From positions 10,501,160 to 10,565,159 of the forward strand of contig NC_047064.1 of assembly GCF_902459465.1 (NCBI RefSeq): 64,000 bases of DNA. The letters are read 5' to 3'. This stretch comes from Asterias rubens. Its lineage: Eukaryota. A program made the position numbers and the translations under genes. Below are positions 1 to 12,074 of the stretch, piece after piece. The notes below the pieces were generated by a model. The model saw only the letters and a program-made list of their open reading frames with translations. It had not been told where the DNA came from and did not search any database. Position 1 is the stretch's first letter. Every line of letters begins with the position of its first letter.

Positions 1-96
1 GGTATGTTTAGCGTCACACGCAAGGTTTACCAAAAGTGTCCAGTGCGCTTAAAAATAACAAATTGAGCTTGATATTAACTTGCCATGCATACATAC

Positions 97-233
97 CTTA
101 TCAGGGAAGTTATCAGTCCAGTGTTCAAACTGCATGGGAGTTCCATCAGCCCATTCATATGAACCATCAATCTTATTCAGTCCAATCCATGCATTGGTAC
201 GTCTCATCATGAACATCATGGCTTCTAGCAAAG
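97..233 (-). CDS. exon: CTLD16 middle part (WIGL..WxDG)
   Basis: S-LLEAMMFMMRRTNAWIGLNKIDGSYEWADGTPMQFEHWTDNFPDK; acceptor ttgccag|, donor GATAAG|gtatgt; phase 1 in, 0 out. The C-terminal exon of this domain lies beyond the window start. The polypyrimidine tract is supplied by a SINE tail. Confidence 0.65.
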
Positions 234-244
234 CTGGCAAGTTA

Positions 245-772
245 GACAAATAATAATAATATAATAATATCAAAGTCTTATATAGCGCACGTATCTACCA
301 AACAAGGTACTCATGGCGCTGGGTATATACAAACTTTCAGAAAGATTATTGCAGTGATGAATTATGAGACCCAATTGTGTACATGTAGGACCTTGAAAGG
401 GTTTACAAGGTGCTACGACGCATACATGTACGACATTGAAAGGGTTTACAAGGTGCTACGACGCATACATGTAGGACCTTGAAAGGGTTTACAAGGTGCT
501 ACGGCGCATACGGCAGCCACAGCCAGGAACACCGGGGTTAACACCTTCTCTTTTTCAATAAGTGCACTAGGTGCTTTTACATGCGTTTACAACACATGGG
601 ACCAACGGCATTTATGTCCTATCCGAAGGACAAAGCAATGGTTATGTCTTGCTTAAGGACACAAGTGTCAGGGCTGGGGATTCGGACCCACACTCTGCTG
701 ATCAGGAACACCAGAGTTTGAGTTCGGTGCTCTAACAGCTCGACCACGACCACAAATACATCACACAGATAA
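245..772 (-). mobile_element. SINE family A copy (tRNA-like head, body with 43-bp x3 internal tandem, (ATT)n tail)
   Basis: Tail aataataatatcaaagtcttatatagcgcacg at 250..300 and tRNA-like head ..ggacccacactctgctgatcaggaacaccagagtttgagttcggtgctctaacagctcgaccacgac at about 680..770. Internal ggaccttgaaagggtttacaaggtgctacgacgcatacatgta x3 at about 380..500. Same family at 12075..12645, 16415..16700, 28105..28412, 28840..29000, 33125..33470, 34300..34650, 40575..41010. Confidence 0.6.
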
Positions 773-1085
773 GTAGGATTTGAAACTTTGCAGGGTGGAA
801 ATACGATATAGAAAGATTTGCGGTGACATCATGAAATGATAATCTTTAAATGAGTTGGGGGTGGTTCTGAAAGGAACCAATGGTTTCAACTCGACGTTTT
901 GACCAGTATGCTTTGATCGTCTTCTTAAGAAAAAAGAAGAACAAAAGAAAGAAGACGATCAGAGCATACTAATGAAAACGTTGAGTTGAACCCAACGGGT
1001 CTTTTCAGAACCACCCCAACTCATTTAGAGATTACCAATAAATGGTGTGACCGCAAACCTTTCTATATCACACAGATAACAGAAA
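755..1085. mobile_element. MITE family G (long-stem foldback)
   Basis: Outer arms aggatttgaaactttgcagggtggaaatacgatatagaaagatttgcggtgacatcatgaaatgataatctttaaatgagttgggggtggttctgaaagg.. mirrored by ..ccttttcagaaccaccccaactcatttagagattaccaataaatggtgtgaccgcaaacctttctatatcacacagata. Inner perfect palindrome of gacgatcagagcatactaat.. type. Copies at 21790..22090 (complete), 30715..30925 and 37795..37990 (partial). Confidence 0.6.
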
Positions 1086-1573
1086 CAGCCTAACTAAAAA
1101 AGTTACATTATGAGAAAAGCAAGTACAGAGATAAGCTGTTTTCGCTAAAACTGGATGAAAGTGTAAAAAGAGGCCTAGCCTGGACATATTATGAACCCAG
1201 TATTGTTAAACTCAATGTGGTTAGGACCAACTTGGTCCCAGAAATGTGTACACGTGCGAGACTTGCACTGCCTGTTTACATAGAAATAATGCAGAAGGAA
1301 CCAAACTTAAACTTCAAGACTTAAGCCCGGCTCACACTTCCTGCGAATGCGGGTGCGAAGCAAATGTTGATGTCACAAATTAGCAACGAATAATTCGCAG
1401 CAGTTCAACTCTGCTCAACTCACTTGCGAATATCGCTGCAAGGGGGGTAACAACAAATTAACGTCAAATTCACATCGCATTCGCAGGAAGTATGATTCAA
1501 GCATAAGGCTAGGACTAATTTAATATGTCAACAAAAGCAAAAATACAAGAAACTGCAGACATAAGTGACTTAC

Positions 1574-1729
1574 ATAGGACATTCTGACCATAGACAGTAG
1601 CTAAGGTTCCACCCTTATTCTCGCAAGACTTATAAGCTTCAGTCCACGTTAATGATTCGGGCTCGTTGCTGCCAAATGCTCCGTAACATAAGTTGTTCAT
1701 CCGGTACCAATCTTTCTCACAACCGCCAA
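1574..1729 (-). CDS. exon: CTLD16 N-terminal part
   Basis: V-GGCEKDWYRMNNLCYGAFGSNEPESLTWTEAYKSCENKGGTLATVYGQNVL; acceptor ttccaaag|, donor CTAT|gtaagt; phase 1 in, 1 out. Confidence 0.65.
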
Positions 1730-2099
1730 CTTTGGAATGGAAAAACAACAAATATATTAAGTTTGACATTGGGGGTTTAGGTGGCAAGTGGTTTATTGCA
1801 CGGGAATCAAAACCCTGCTAAGCTCAATTTCAAATTCTCTGCTGCTTAAGAAGAAACTTTTGCTTGGCAGTTTTCGCTGCTCGGTAGAAAAGATCAGGAT
1901 ACTAATCACAGATGGTACTATAATGACGCTCAAATCGCATGGGCGCCGCCATTGTTTTCTTACCCCCCCCCCCCCACCCCACTACACAACGCTACGCGGC
2001 ATTTTAAACATAATGATTTCTAGCGAAGCGCTTCATCCCGCTAGTGTGACATGGTTTTAAGCTGGTATAATCTTTAGCTTTGCCAACTGTTGAGCTTGG

Positions 2100-2425
2100 A
2101 GGATCAGGCGAGTTGGTTTATGAAAAGGGTTTGTAATCGTTTCTTATGAAATGTATACGATTAGAAAGATGTTTTAATAGTAGAATATAATGATCCACAC
2201 AAACATTCATCGAAATTGTAAAACTTACACAGCACTTTAATTTGTGGAGTCTATTTGACTTCACAAAATGTCTGACCATGTTAGTTCTCAAGGTAAAAGG
2301 AAAACCACGCAATTTTGAGGCATATTTGTGTTGACTATATTCTACTTTTAAAACATCTTTCTAACCATGCATTTCATAACAAACGGTTTACAAATGCTTT
2401 TCACAAACCTACGATCCAAGGCAAT
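2100..2425. mobile_element. MITE family I (foldback; arms gaaagatgttttaa[at]agtagaatataatgatccacacaaa)
   Basis: ..cgattagaaagatgttttaatagtagaatataatgatccacacaaacattcatcgaaattgtaaaac.. mirrored by ..tttgtgttgactatattctacttttaaaacatctttctaaccatgcatttcataacaaacggtttacaaatgcttttcacaaacc. Copies at 31935..32045 + 32425..32745 (split by other sequence), 51935..52330 (complete) and 56680..56815 (half). Confidence 0.55.
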
Positions 2426-2504
2426 GGTCCCTTTAGGCGGCTCTAATAAACATTGAACTCTGTGTTGTCCAAAATGTGAGTTTGGGTTTACAGTCAAAAC
2501 AAGC

Positions 2505-2690
2505 CTGCCATCAATTTCAAAACTCTTCCTTACTCAGAATTTATCCTAGGAGTTAGGACAAGTTAAGTTCTGTATCCATAGATGTGAGGACACATTGAAC
2601 CCATCGTAAGTTGAACGAGTTACTCGTTCTAACTCACGGTAGGATTAATCCTAGCGTTTCGTGACATTGGATGCAGGCCCATGATGTATT
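2505..2690. mobile_element. MITE family E (TIR cagccgtcgatttcacaaa; gttaggac / gtcctaac stem)
   Basis: aaactcttccttactcagaatttatcctaggagttaggacaagttaagttctgtatccatagatgtgaggacacattgaacccatcgtaagttgaacgagttactcgttctaactcacggtaggattaatcctagcgtttcgtgacattggatgcaggcc. Other copies at 6935..7115, 12262..12463 (nested in SINE A), 19045..19185, 19601..19775, 23075..23270, 30265..30465, 37325..37505. Confidence 0.55.
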
Positions 2691-3027
2691 TCATGTGAGG
2701 TCATTGGTGGAATGAAATAATAATAATGGGCATTTATAATGCACCGGTATCCATCTAAAGATGCTCACAGAGATGCCAACATTGAATTTTAAAAAAGAGT
2801 AGCATCTCCCAAATGTTAAGGGCGAGCGCATCTTGGGCTCCCTATACCGATCTTTCTATTACTCTCTACAATGCTAATTAGCTCAGTTTCAGGCAGTGTT
2901 GTGAAATAACAATTACCTGTATGCATCAACAGAACAGCTACAAATGTTTATAATGGCCAGTGAAAAAAAACTTGAAAAAAACCCTGATTTCCCTCATCTT
3001 CTGACTATGTTTCAAAAATAAATGTAA

Positions 3028-3210
3028 CATAAAAAAGGGTGGCCTTACTTAAAGGTAACATAAAAAAGGGTGGCCTTACTTAAATGTTTTTGTTTTAATG
3101 ATCAGAAACGCAACAACAAGCTATTGGGAGAGTGAGGAGGAAAAAAAAAAAAAAACGTGTCCGGATTTTGGGCAAAAAATACGTGTCCGTATTTTGGGCA
3201 TTGTCTGGGC
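3028..3210. repeat. Two small local tandem duplications
   Basis: aacataaaaaagggtggccttacttaaa x2 (3028..3083), and aaaa(a)cgtgtccg[gt]attttgggca x2 (3150..3205), preceded by an A15 run. Confidence 0.6.
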
Positions 3211-3880
3211 AGTGTCTGGACATCGGCGCTACAATTACTGGTAGGAAAACATGGAAACTGTCTAGCTTAGACCTCACAGGCCACTCAGTTGAAGGTATTT
3301 TTGTTCAGAAGGTCTCCTTTTTTTGTCGCCATTCTTTCGTACTTTTTTTGCCAAGCTTCGATAAAGTACATGTACAGCCAGCGTGGGCACAATAATAGTG
3401 GATACATGAGGAATGAGGTTACTGTGACACGTTAGCTCACACACAACCTCATTCCCCACGCACGTGTGCACTATTCCCCCCATCGTGTAATAGAGATCAA
3501 TGGGTACGATCTTGCAGAAATGCACTAGCGTAAAAAATGCACACTCAGCCAGCCGGCCAGCCAGCGGGGGAGGGCACGCAACAATCATGCCGTCGAGACA
3601 CGTACATTGTTCGAGTGAATTCGCCGCTATTATTCAACACTGCGTTCTAAAATTAAAAGTGTTTTTTTTTCTTTTCTGTTTTGATATTTTTCTTAATTTT
3701 TATTTCCACTTAATAGTTCATTAGTTGTTTGCATGTATTGTACAATTTAATAAAATTATATTGGCCGGCTTGTTTAGCGTGTTTTATTGAGTATTATCGT
3801 AGCGTCGTAGTCACGGCTCGAAATCGTATTTGCTACGCCCAAATCGTGTATGTTGGTATCTCTGTGCTCATGGCGCATAA

Positions 3881-4249
3881 GCTTGGGCGATATCGATTTA
3901 TTTTATTCACGATATATCGCCGACAATATATCGCGATATTCGATATAATCGCGATTAATTAAATTTGACATCATCAGTCTTAAAACTCCAAGTGAAAGTT
4001 GTAGAAGAGACAGTCCTTGCATAAGAGAGGTGTTCTAATGACCTATTCTTCTGGTTTTACTCCAAACCTATGGGGTGCAAGATGTCTCAGCTAGCAAATA
4101 CATCGCGATATTTAATCCATATATCGATATATCGCGATATACCGTGATATATCGATATTTCGATTAAAACCAAATCCATCCGATATCGAAATCGTGTCCA
4201 AATTAATATCGCAATATTCGATAGTATCGTGATATCGCCCAAGCTTAAT
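3881..4249. mobile_element. MITE family J (TIR aagcttgggcgatatcg; atatcgcgatat-rich); second copy in opposite orientation at 46641..47010
   Basis: 3881 aagcttgggcgatatcgatttattttattcacgatatatcgcc .. atagtatcgtgatatcgcccaagctt 4249. The 46641..47010 copy is about 85-90% identical as reverse complement, including the internal block ccaaacctatggggtgcaagatgtctcagctag. Confidence 0.6.
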
Positions 4250-5927
4250 GGCGCAGTGACACAATAAACGGGGAAATGTTATGAAGTCCTCATTAGATGA
4301 GTCTTGAGGGAAGTTTTGAACAAAGCTATTGGTGGAGAAAGTTTAACATGATTCGGCAAGTCGTTCCATAATGAAGGAGCAGCAGAAGTAAATGATCTTT
4401 CACCCCATGATGTTCTGGCCAGGGGTTTCCTTAAAAGATGTTTGTTATTAGATCGCATATAGACTGGCGGTCGGAAATATGGGGTTGGAGTCCTTCTGAG
4501 AGATATGGTGGTAAAGTGCCTTTTGATGAGCGATAGACATACACAAGGATCTTGAAGAAGATTCTTTCCTTAAGTAGCCAATGTAGATCTTGTAGGATAG
4601 GTGTGATGTGTGCTCTAGTTAAGGAGTGTTTGTTCTACCACAAAAATATGTGCCTGTTTACAGTCTGAAACCCTTACTACAAAAAACACTGTGATGTATC
4701 AAGCGGCCGTGTTTATTAATGATCTTAAAGAAAACATTGAAGGATCAAAGAGATATTAACTCACCTGAGCTTTTGTCTGTTGAGAAAAAGCAGAAACATC
4801 CATTTAGAATACAATATAAAAAATAGCATGGAAAAGGTAGGGACTGTAGATTAGTAAATACTAACAAAGTTAATGAAATGAGGAATTGGTAAAGGAATTA
4901 TAGGTATCATAGTTCAAAAGTAGCTAGAAATACCTTGAAGGAAAAAATACTGAGCGCTTTAATATGCCCCTTAATCGCCCCTTAGGGGTCTGATACATGA
5001 CATTAAACTTAACTGTAGATTCGTAAAAATAATCTACAGTTGAGTGTAGATTCATTACAAACTTAAAGTAAATAGTTCAACTTGAAAATTACTGTCCCAA
5101 ACTGAAAGATGGCATGAAGTGCAACAAAACATAGCTGACAATATGTTATCTTTCAAATTACAGAACTAACCCAGTTTAGAAAAATCACTTTAGTAAGTAG
5201 AGTAGACTAACTAGTGTTGTTACTATTGAGAAATCCAATTCCTTGAAACTGTTACAAAACCAATGGGGGAAATAGTTTAAGTCAGAGAATAGACTCTAAA
5301 GTGTAGATTCGTGATTACAATGTACTCGCCTTCAGCTCGTACATTCTATTCCTGAATCTACACTTTCTCCTATATTCTCCTTTAACATATAAGAACTTAG
5401 TATTATTATTATTAATTACCATTTTATGGAGTATGGAATTTGACGCATTGCATGGTGAGGTATCAATAAACATTCGATTATAAGAAGAAACTATAAATAA
5501 ATAGTAAACTTGCGGGTACAACCATGTGTAAATCTCTTAAGGTGAGTGTTGGCTCTGAAAAAAGAGCTGGTTTGGTGTCGCCATCATGTGTGCATCTCCT
5601 TTCTTAGTAGATTATGTTCGTATGAGAATTTTTTTGCTTTAATTTTTACTACCGCTGAGCAGATTTTTTCAGATATCGGGAGACTTCTCAGTTCTGAAAA
5701 GAACTGCTTTTTAACTACCACCTGGGCCGTGGAGGTAGGAAATAGGCTGAGACTACTACCCTAGCTTTAAGTGGATTTAACTTCACTACCGTGAAATGAG
5801 TTTTTAGTTGGGTCTCAATGTTTCGACATAGCTTGCTCTAGTTATCGTCGGTATTATTATTATTATTATTTACCATTTTGATGAGGTTCCTATACACAGA
5901 CTATATCGGAAGGCATTGTGTACGTAC

Positions 5928-6113
5928 CTTTGGGTCTCTTGCAGACTAACTGCGAGTAAGAGGCGCATCCAGTGTCTTCCCACTTGCCGTACTCTGATGT
6001 CATTATGCGTACACAGTCCTCGGAATCCAGCTCGTTGTCTGGTTCTCCTACTTTCCAGTTTGTGTAATCCACCGGCTGACCGTCGTTCCAGAGAAACTCC
6101 TGCTTGTCTACAG
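5928..6113 (-). CDS. exon: CTLD15 C-terminal two-thirds (EPD motif)
   Basis: AVDKQEFLWNDGQPVDYTNWKVGEPDNELDSEDCVRIMTSEYGKWEDTGCASYSQLVCKRPK; acceptor cctctgtag|, donor CAAAG|gtacgt; phase 1 in, 1 out. Paralogous to exon 18792..18959. Confidence 0.7.
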
Positions 6114-7454
6114 CTACAGAGGAAAATGAAACAAGGCAAGTTATTTAATAGATGGAAATTTGAAAAACTTACTTGGTAACAAGCAATGGAGAGAGCTGTT
6201 GATAGAATTGTGAGAAACGGCTCCCTTTGAAGTATCAGAGTTATTGTGAAAGAAGTAATTTTCCAAGAGTTTGATTTCGACACCTCAGAATTAAATTTTG
6301 AGGTCCCGAAATCAAGCATCTGAAAGCACAAAACTTCGTGTGACAAGGGTGTTTTTTCTTTAATTATTATCTCGCAACTTTGTTGACCAACTGAGTTCAA
6401 ATTTTCACAAGTTTTTTTTTCGTGTAGAGTTGAGATACACGAAGTGAGAAGACTGGTATTTGACAATTAACAATGTCCAGTGTCTTTAACTCGCATACAC
6501 CAATGTGTAAGCACTGTATACTCTGTACTTTCCCAAGCTCTTTGACAAAAAGAAACCAGAGGAATTTTACTCAGGTGAGTTTTGAAACCACAACCTTTGC
6601 AATTTTAGAGCAGTGTCATTCCAACTAGACCAGTATGGCATTTATAGAGCCCCCTTTAAGAGGTTGGAAAGTGCCAGGATGTATGTTACACAATATATGG
6701 TCCAAAACAAAAATCACTCTTGACGAAACAAGATGGCCTAATCATTTTCTTCAATGGTTCAATTAAGTTTGTTTTCAGGAAGTGAATTCCTCCAGGCCTG
6801 CATTGGAGAAGGCTTGGTCCCCTTCTTTATATTATTTATCCAATGCTCGAAAAAGAAGGATGCACGAGGAAAAGTGATAGGTTGCAAGTTGGTTGATGTT
6901 GCTGAAGCCTGTCATGAGTTACAATGCCGGTTTCAAACTCTTCAGCTGTTTATTTCACCAAACTCTTCCAAACTTAGGATTAATCTTAGTACTAAGGACG
7001 AGTTAAGTCCCGTATCCATATTTGTTAGGGCGCAGTGAACCCAACCTAAGTTAGGCTGAGTCAAGATGGGATTAATCCTAGCGTTTCCTGAAATCGGCTG
7101 CTGGAGCACGGAAACACAGGCTTCACAGAGCGCCCTATTAAGTGCAGAATTCCATGGTAAGCAGGCCCAGCGACATGAAATTGGGCCAAGCTGAAAATCT
7201 AAGAAGTTGCATTCTCGACTTTAGGAAATAACTTCTCATGCCCAGATGCTACTGGCATAAATAAACTTTTCTTCAACTGCCAAAGAATTTTATCTTAAAT
7301 TTTGGCTTAAACACTGTATTGCGTACAAATATATCTACATTTATATAGGATTAAACCAATGAAACAGATAAAAAACATAAAGGTAGACTTTCCCTTTATA
7401 AGCTTAATTTTTAACCAAATTTTGTTCAATTGCCGCCACAGCTTGTTAACTTAC

Positions 7455-7715
7455 CAGTTGTGTTACGTGTCAAGCCCAGCCACACTCCATAGTACCCATA
7501 TTTCTCTGCAGCTACCCTCTTGACGAACGCGTTCTCCCCTCTACTGTGGATGTTCAAGATGTGCGAATTGTCAAAGGTTTTCTCGCAGAAATAAGACGCC
7601 TCCCACCACGACACGTACTGCAACTCTGCTTCAAACATGTAGCAGTTGTCACCGAACCCTATCCATTTTGGGGGACAGTTGCCAGGAATAAACGTGGGCG
7701 GTGTTGGGGGAACCA
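7455..7715 (-). CDS. exon: Pro-rich linker + CTLD15 N-terminal part through WLGL
   Basis: MVPPTPPTFIPGNCPPKWIGFGDNCYMFEAELQYVSWWEASYFCEKTFDNSHILNIHSRGENAFVKRVAAEKYGYYGVWLGLTRNTT; acceptor gtggacag|, donor AACTG|gtaagt; phase 1 in, 1 out. Paralogous to exon 19991..20251. Confidence 0.7.
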
Positions 7716-9075
7716 CTGTCCACGAGAAAACAAGAGGTAAGTTATTGTTTTTATGAAATGGACTAAAATGAAAAAACAAAACAATGAAAACTCATCAATA
7801 ATAATAATAGTGGCTTCTTATATAGCGCTTCAACATTATTACCCCTGGTCACTGGGCCTTAAATCATTCCTTAAACCATCTCAGCTCCTTGTGGAGTATA
7901 CAGCCTGTGCCGCCAAATATGTAGCACAATCAAGGCTAATCAATCACAAGAACCAACTCCTGCCCTCACAGGTACCCATTCACCCCTAGGTGGAGAGAAG
8001 CAATTATAGTGAAGTGTTTTGCTCAGGGACAAAAGTGTCACAACCGAGATTCGAACCCACACTCCGCTGAACAGAATCACCAGAGCTTGAATTCGGTGTT
8101 CTTATTCGCTCGGCCACGACACCCCATAATAAACAAACAAATTATCATAGCATGGGCAAGAAACAAATGCTCTGTACATTTTTAGTCTGCCGTTAGGGTT
8201 GAATGTTAATAAATTGCTGGCAAGTGGACTATTTTGTAAAACGTGAAACCTAATTTCTACTTGCGAAATAGTAAAATACTCCAGGTCTTATGAAGCCCCT
8301 TTTAAGGCATCTGAAAGCACAACAATTTGTGCAACAAGGGTGTTTTTTATTTCAATACTCTCTTGCAAATTTGATGACCAATTGAGTCAAAATTTTCACA
8401 GGTTTGTTATTTTATGCATATGTTGAGAAACACCAAGTAAAAATACGGGTCGTTGACAATTACCAAAGGTGTCCAGTGCCTTTAAAATGAATTTTCAGGC
8501 CTGGAATTTCAACTTTGAGAGGGCAATGCTATTTTCATTTTGCCAATGGCACTTTCATTGCAGAATCTTTAAGTCTAAGAGAAAGTTTTGAAGGGGCAAC
8601 CAAGGCCAGGGGGTGACAGAGGCCACTGCCACCATGTAATTCTAATGTTTGTCTTGAAAAAATGCTTTTGTTGACGGCACATGTTCATCTTGTTGACATT
8701 CCATGGATTATGAACAATGACTGGATTCTTATTTAGTCCAAATTGTTGAGTTTTGTGCTATCACAAAAAAGTGTTTTATATATCTCTAAATAACTATTTT
8801 TCTTTTCCGTGTGTATCTGTAATTTACTGCTAATGCTTTTAATAATTTGTATGGCTTTTGTAAACTGCACATTTTGGCTTTTAGTCGATGTATTCAGTCA
8901 TTTCACTTTCTTATTGCAAAAAAAAGAGAGAAAACGACCAACCACACTTAACTTTGGTAGTGTTTTTCAGTTTTCTCTGGGACTGTTTAAAAAAGAAATA
9001 GAGGAAATCAGCTGAAAAGCTGCATGCTTAAGTATTGCAGTATATTTAATAAACCACTAGTAATAATAAACTTAC

Positions 9076-9247
9076 TTTCTGTTGTATGACAGACAAATGC
9101 ACGTTTCAATGTACATTTGATAGAATCCCAGTCAGCACTGTTGGTCTGTACAACGCAACCCTCTCCGTCTTTTTCACTTGGTTCGTAATCAGCCCAGCTT
9201 GTAAACATCAATGGCCAACGATCAATCCACTTGAATGTACCGGTATT
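9076..9247 (-). CDS. exon: CTLD14 C-terminal two-thirds (EPS motif)
   Basis: NTGTFKWIDRWPLMFTSWADYEPSEKDGEGCVVQTNSADWDSIKCTLKRAFVCHTTE; acceptor ttttatag|, donor GAAA|gtaagt; phase 0 in, 1 out. Paralogous to exon 22365..22545. Confidence 0.7.
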
Positions 9248-9261
9248 CTATAAAACAAAAT

Positions 9262-9517
9262 TCTCATATTAATCTTGCTTTTCATATCATTTGGTAATGG
9301 AGAAACACACACAATACAGTAGAGAAGAAAAACAAAATGACTTGTATAACGTATAACGGCACACTTGTACAATGTTGTATGTAACGGTAGTGTGCAAAAA
9401 GAAAAAATAATTCACATAAAATTTGGAAAAATGATAAAAGAATCCACATAAAACTTGTTTTTTTATATCATTTGATAATGGAGAAACAAACATATAACAG
9501 TAAAGAAGAAAAACGAA

Positions 9518-9530
<13 letters not shown>
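9262..9530. repeat. Direct repeat, 2 x about 80 bp, spaced about 185 bp
   Basis: tt[ct][ac]tatcattt[gt][ag]taatggagaaaca[ca]acaa(ta)tacagta[ag]agaagaaaaac[ag]aaat at 9270..9345 and 9455..9525. Confidence 0.5.

Positions 9531-9548
<18 letters not shown>
9519..9548. repeat. poly(A) run about 30 nt, followed by C/A-rich low complexity to about 9715
   Basis: aaaaaaaa..aaccgaaacg; then ccacacccctcccccataaagccccaaat..ccaacccctccccccaaaaaaaccctc. Confidence 0.8.
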
Positions 9549-9550
<2 letters not shown>

Positions 9551-10045
9551 GAAACGATTTGTTCAGGGTGGAGTGCCCAAACAGCTAAAATACCGTTGAA
9601 ATAACTCATTAAAAATAGCTAGAATAGAAGAACTACCACACCCCTCCCCCATAAAGCCCCAAATAGACAAATACAAACAACAACCAACCCCTCCCCCCAA
9701 AAAAACCCTCAATACAATACAGGTATAGTGTCCCATTGCAGTTTTAGGGAGAGGGATTTCGACAAATTCAGAAGATCAAATTTGTGAAGTATCAGACCTG
9801 CTGGTTTTTGGAGTGTGGCAGGACGGGGCACACGGTCTTGTTCTATTATAGTATTAAGCGCGGTTCATACTTCTTGCAATGCAAATTTTGGCATCACAGG
9901 GCTGTTTTCACAGCGAAAGGTTTCACAGGAGTTCAGCACAAGTCAACTGATGAGAATTATTTGTTTGCAAATTTTTTGATGTCAAAATTCATATCACATT
10001 CGCAGGAAATTTGGACCAGGCTTTCAAGAACATCCTACTTCATAA

Positions 10046-10076
10046 CAACAATAATAATAATAATAATAATAATAAC

Positions 10077-10168
<92 letters not shown>

Positions 10169-10180
10169 TAATAATAATAA
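10046..10180. repeat. (AAT)n microsatellite, about 135 bp
   Basis: ataataataataataata.. with two aac interruptions. It creates the artefactual poly-Ile ORF 9784..10215. Confidence 0.9.
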
Positions 10181-10372
10181 GTGAATCAATGTGTGGTGCA
10201 GAGGTTTTTAACTAGTGGTTTAATCCCAACGAGGCCTGGTTCTTGATAATTTTACCGAGACGAAGGTGCTGGTGTCCTGGTGAAGACTATAGTAAACCAG
10301 GGCAGCAGCACCAAAACAAAGAACCATATATAAACAAATTAAGCAAAATAAATGTGAGAAATATAAACATAC

Positions 10373-10623
10373 ATCATTTATTGTCAAGCCAATCCAAGCG
10401 CTGTCTAAATTATTCTTGTACAACATGTTGGCCACGATGAACGCTTCCGAGAAGCCATCCCGGACGGAGGCCAGGGTAGCTGTCTGTCCTTCGCAGGCCT
10501 TCTTAGCATCAATGAATGACATCGGAGTAGTCATTAGCTTGAAGCAGTCGGTGCCATACTGGAGGAATCCGTTGGCTGGGCACAGGCCGCCAAAAGAGGG
10601 TTCTTGAGTGGGCAGTGCTGGAT
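10373..10623 (-). CDS. exon: linker + CTLD14 N-terminal part through WIGL
   Basis: D-PALPTQEPSFGGLCPANGFLQYGTDCFKLMTTPMSFIDAKKACEGQTATLASVRDGFSEAFIVANMLYKNNLDSAWIGLTIND; acceptor gcttgcag|, donor AATGAT|gtatgt; phase 1 in, 0 out. Paralogous to exon 23371..23615. Confidence 0.7.
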
Positions 10624-10694
10624 CTGCAAGCAAAGTAATAGTTAAAAAAAAAAAATTGCATTGGGGATAAAAACATTTTTTTTTTTTTTTTACC

Positions 10695-10990
10695 CTTAGC
10701 ACTGTATACTCAGTACTTTCTCGGGTGGGACTCGAACCCACATATCTTGCAATTCTAGGGCAGTGTCTTACCAACTAGACCACTGAGATTGCCCTGTACC
10801 CGCAGCCAAAGTATAGAATTCGAACTGCCTTTAGCAATCAGGCAAAGTAGTCTAGTTGGTAAGACACTGCTCTAGAATTGCAAGAGTCGTGGGTTCCAAT
10901 CCCGCCCAAGTAATATGCATGTGAACATTTTTCACAGAACTCGGGAAAGTACTCGGGAGTAAACACCATGTGTATATCTACTTGCTTGGT
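10695..10990. mobile_element. Inverted pair of tRNA-like SINE family C heads forming a large hairpin
   Basis: ..gtactttctcgggtgggactcgaacccacatatcttgcaattctagggcagtgtcttaccaactagaccact.. (minus copy) and ..ggcaaagtagtctagttggtaagacactgctctagaattgcaagagtcgtgggttccaatcccgcccaagtaatatgcatgtgaacatttttcacagaactcgggaaagtactcgggagt (plus copy). Related copies at 37085..37290 and 59700..59905. Confidence 0.5.
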
Positions 10991-11227
10991 AGATTACATA
11001 TGTTCTTGTGAGAACTTGTCTTGCTTTATATTCTACTACCGGGAAATAGTCTTTTGAAGTTCAGAAGAGTTTCTCTACTACCGCGGAGTAAGATTTTCGG
11101 AATTCAGGAGACTTCTCTGTCCTAAAAAAAAACTGTCCTGCTTGTTAACTTGAAACTTGGCACAGGAGGGAAACAGAACTAGCCAAAAACCTTTATTATT
11201 AAGACATTTTTTTTCTCAAAACAAGTT

Positions 11228-11333
11228 TGTATCTTACCCAAGGGTTTGTAACAAAGGTAGCCATGTTTTTCAGAGCAGTCAACGTCGTCCCATCTGCCAG
11301 GGTATGATGGATCATTCACCAAAACTCCACAAG
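11228..11333 (-). CDS. exon: CTLD13 C-terminal part (WDD..C)
   Basis: VDNACGVLVNDPSYPGRWDDVDCSEKHGYLCYKPL; acceptor ctaacgaag| (A at -3, less common), donor CTTGG|gtaaga; phase 0 in, 1 out. Paralogous to exon 24587..24698. Confidence 0.6.
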
Positions 11334-11574
11334 CATTATCAACCTTCGTTAGACAAAAAGGACACAGTATACAACATTACATTGTGACAAAAATACTTAT
11401 TACAAAGTAAACATTTTCTTTTTTCAATATAGGCATGGAATTACGGCAGTGGCCACTACTGAGGCCATGTATTCTGTTCTGTTGCCCTGGTCTTGGCCTT
11501 GGTGCCCATCATAACATTCTGAGAGACTTTCCTATGGAAATGCCCTTTGGGAAAATGAAAATGGCCTTGTCCTC

Positions 11575-11930
11575 TCAAAGATAATAATAACAAATTCTTA
11601 TATAGCGCATTTCACAATAAACCGTATCAGTGCGCTTTACATTAGTCCCCTGGTCATTGGGCCAATAAACATCCCTTTAATCTTTCTCAGCTCCCACTAG
11701 GGAGTATACAGCCCCGAGATGCTGTGGCGCTCCGAAAGCTTTTCATTCACAATATCAACCTCTACCCTCGCAGGTACCCATTTCTACCCCTGGGTGAAGA
11801 GAAGCAATTTTAGTAAAGTATCTTGCTCAAGGACACAAGTGTCACGACCGGGATTCAGACCTACACTCCGGTGACTGCACCAGAACTTGAATTCGATGCT
11901 CTTAACCACTCGGCCGCGACACTCTACAAA
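11575..11930 (-). mobile_element. SINE family B copy (tRNA-like head shared with family A, different body)
   Basis: Tail ataataataacaaattcttatatagcgcatttcacaataaaccgtatcagtgcgctttacattagtcccctggtcattgggcc .. head ..gtcacgaccgggattcagacctacactccggtgactgcaccagaacttgaattcgatgctcttaaccactcggccgcgacac. Further copies: 7795..8130(-), 22565..22745(+, 5' half), 40262..40557(-), 42415..42770(-), 49555..49745(-, 3' part), 55430..55720(-), 55975..56115(-, head only), 57545..57725(-). Confidence 0.6.
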
Positions 11931-12074
11931 GATGAAATTCCAGTGCTGATGAAGCTGAACATTTTAAGGTTCATCTGAATGTAGCCACACATTTCTAGAA
12001 AGCAGTGCGTAGGATTCCTAAGTGCTTGTAAGAACATAAATTTATGTAGTAGAAAAAAGCTGATAGAGTGTCAC

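Noticed and set aside
3274-3588. 104-aa minus-strand ORF in the large intron between exons 5928..6113 and 1574..1729 as a missed exon
   Set aside because: No CTLD or PAN motifs and no phase-compatible splice sites. The flanking exons already join in phase (..KRPK|V-GGCEKDW..).
5870-6466. 198-aa minus-strand ORF
   Set aside because: It overlaps the real exon 5928..6113 in a different frame and then runs through a MITE-F copy. There are no domain features. It is an AT-rich-genome random ORF.
9784-10215. 143-aa + strand ORF with long poly-Ile tract
   Set aside because: Translation of the (AAT)n microsatellite at 10046..10180; not coding.
10220-10774. 184-aa minus-strand ORF taken at face value as one coding unit
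   Set aside because: Only 10373..10623 is coding (linker + CTLD14 N-term). The rest is intron read-through, including a poly-A/T run and a SINE-C hairpin. Splice signals delimit the exon.
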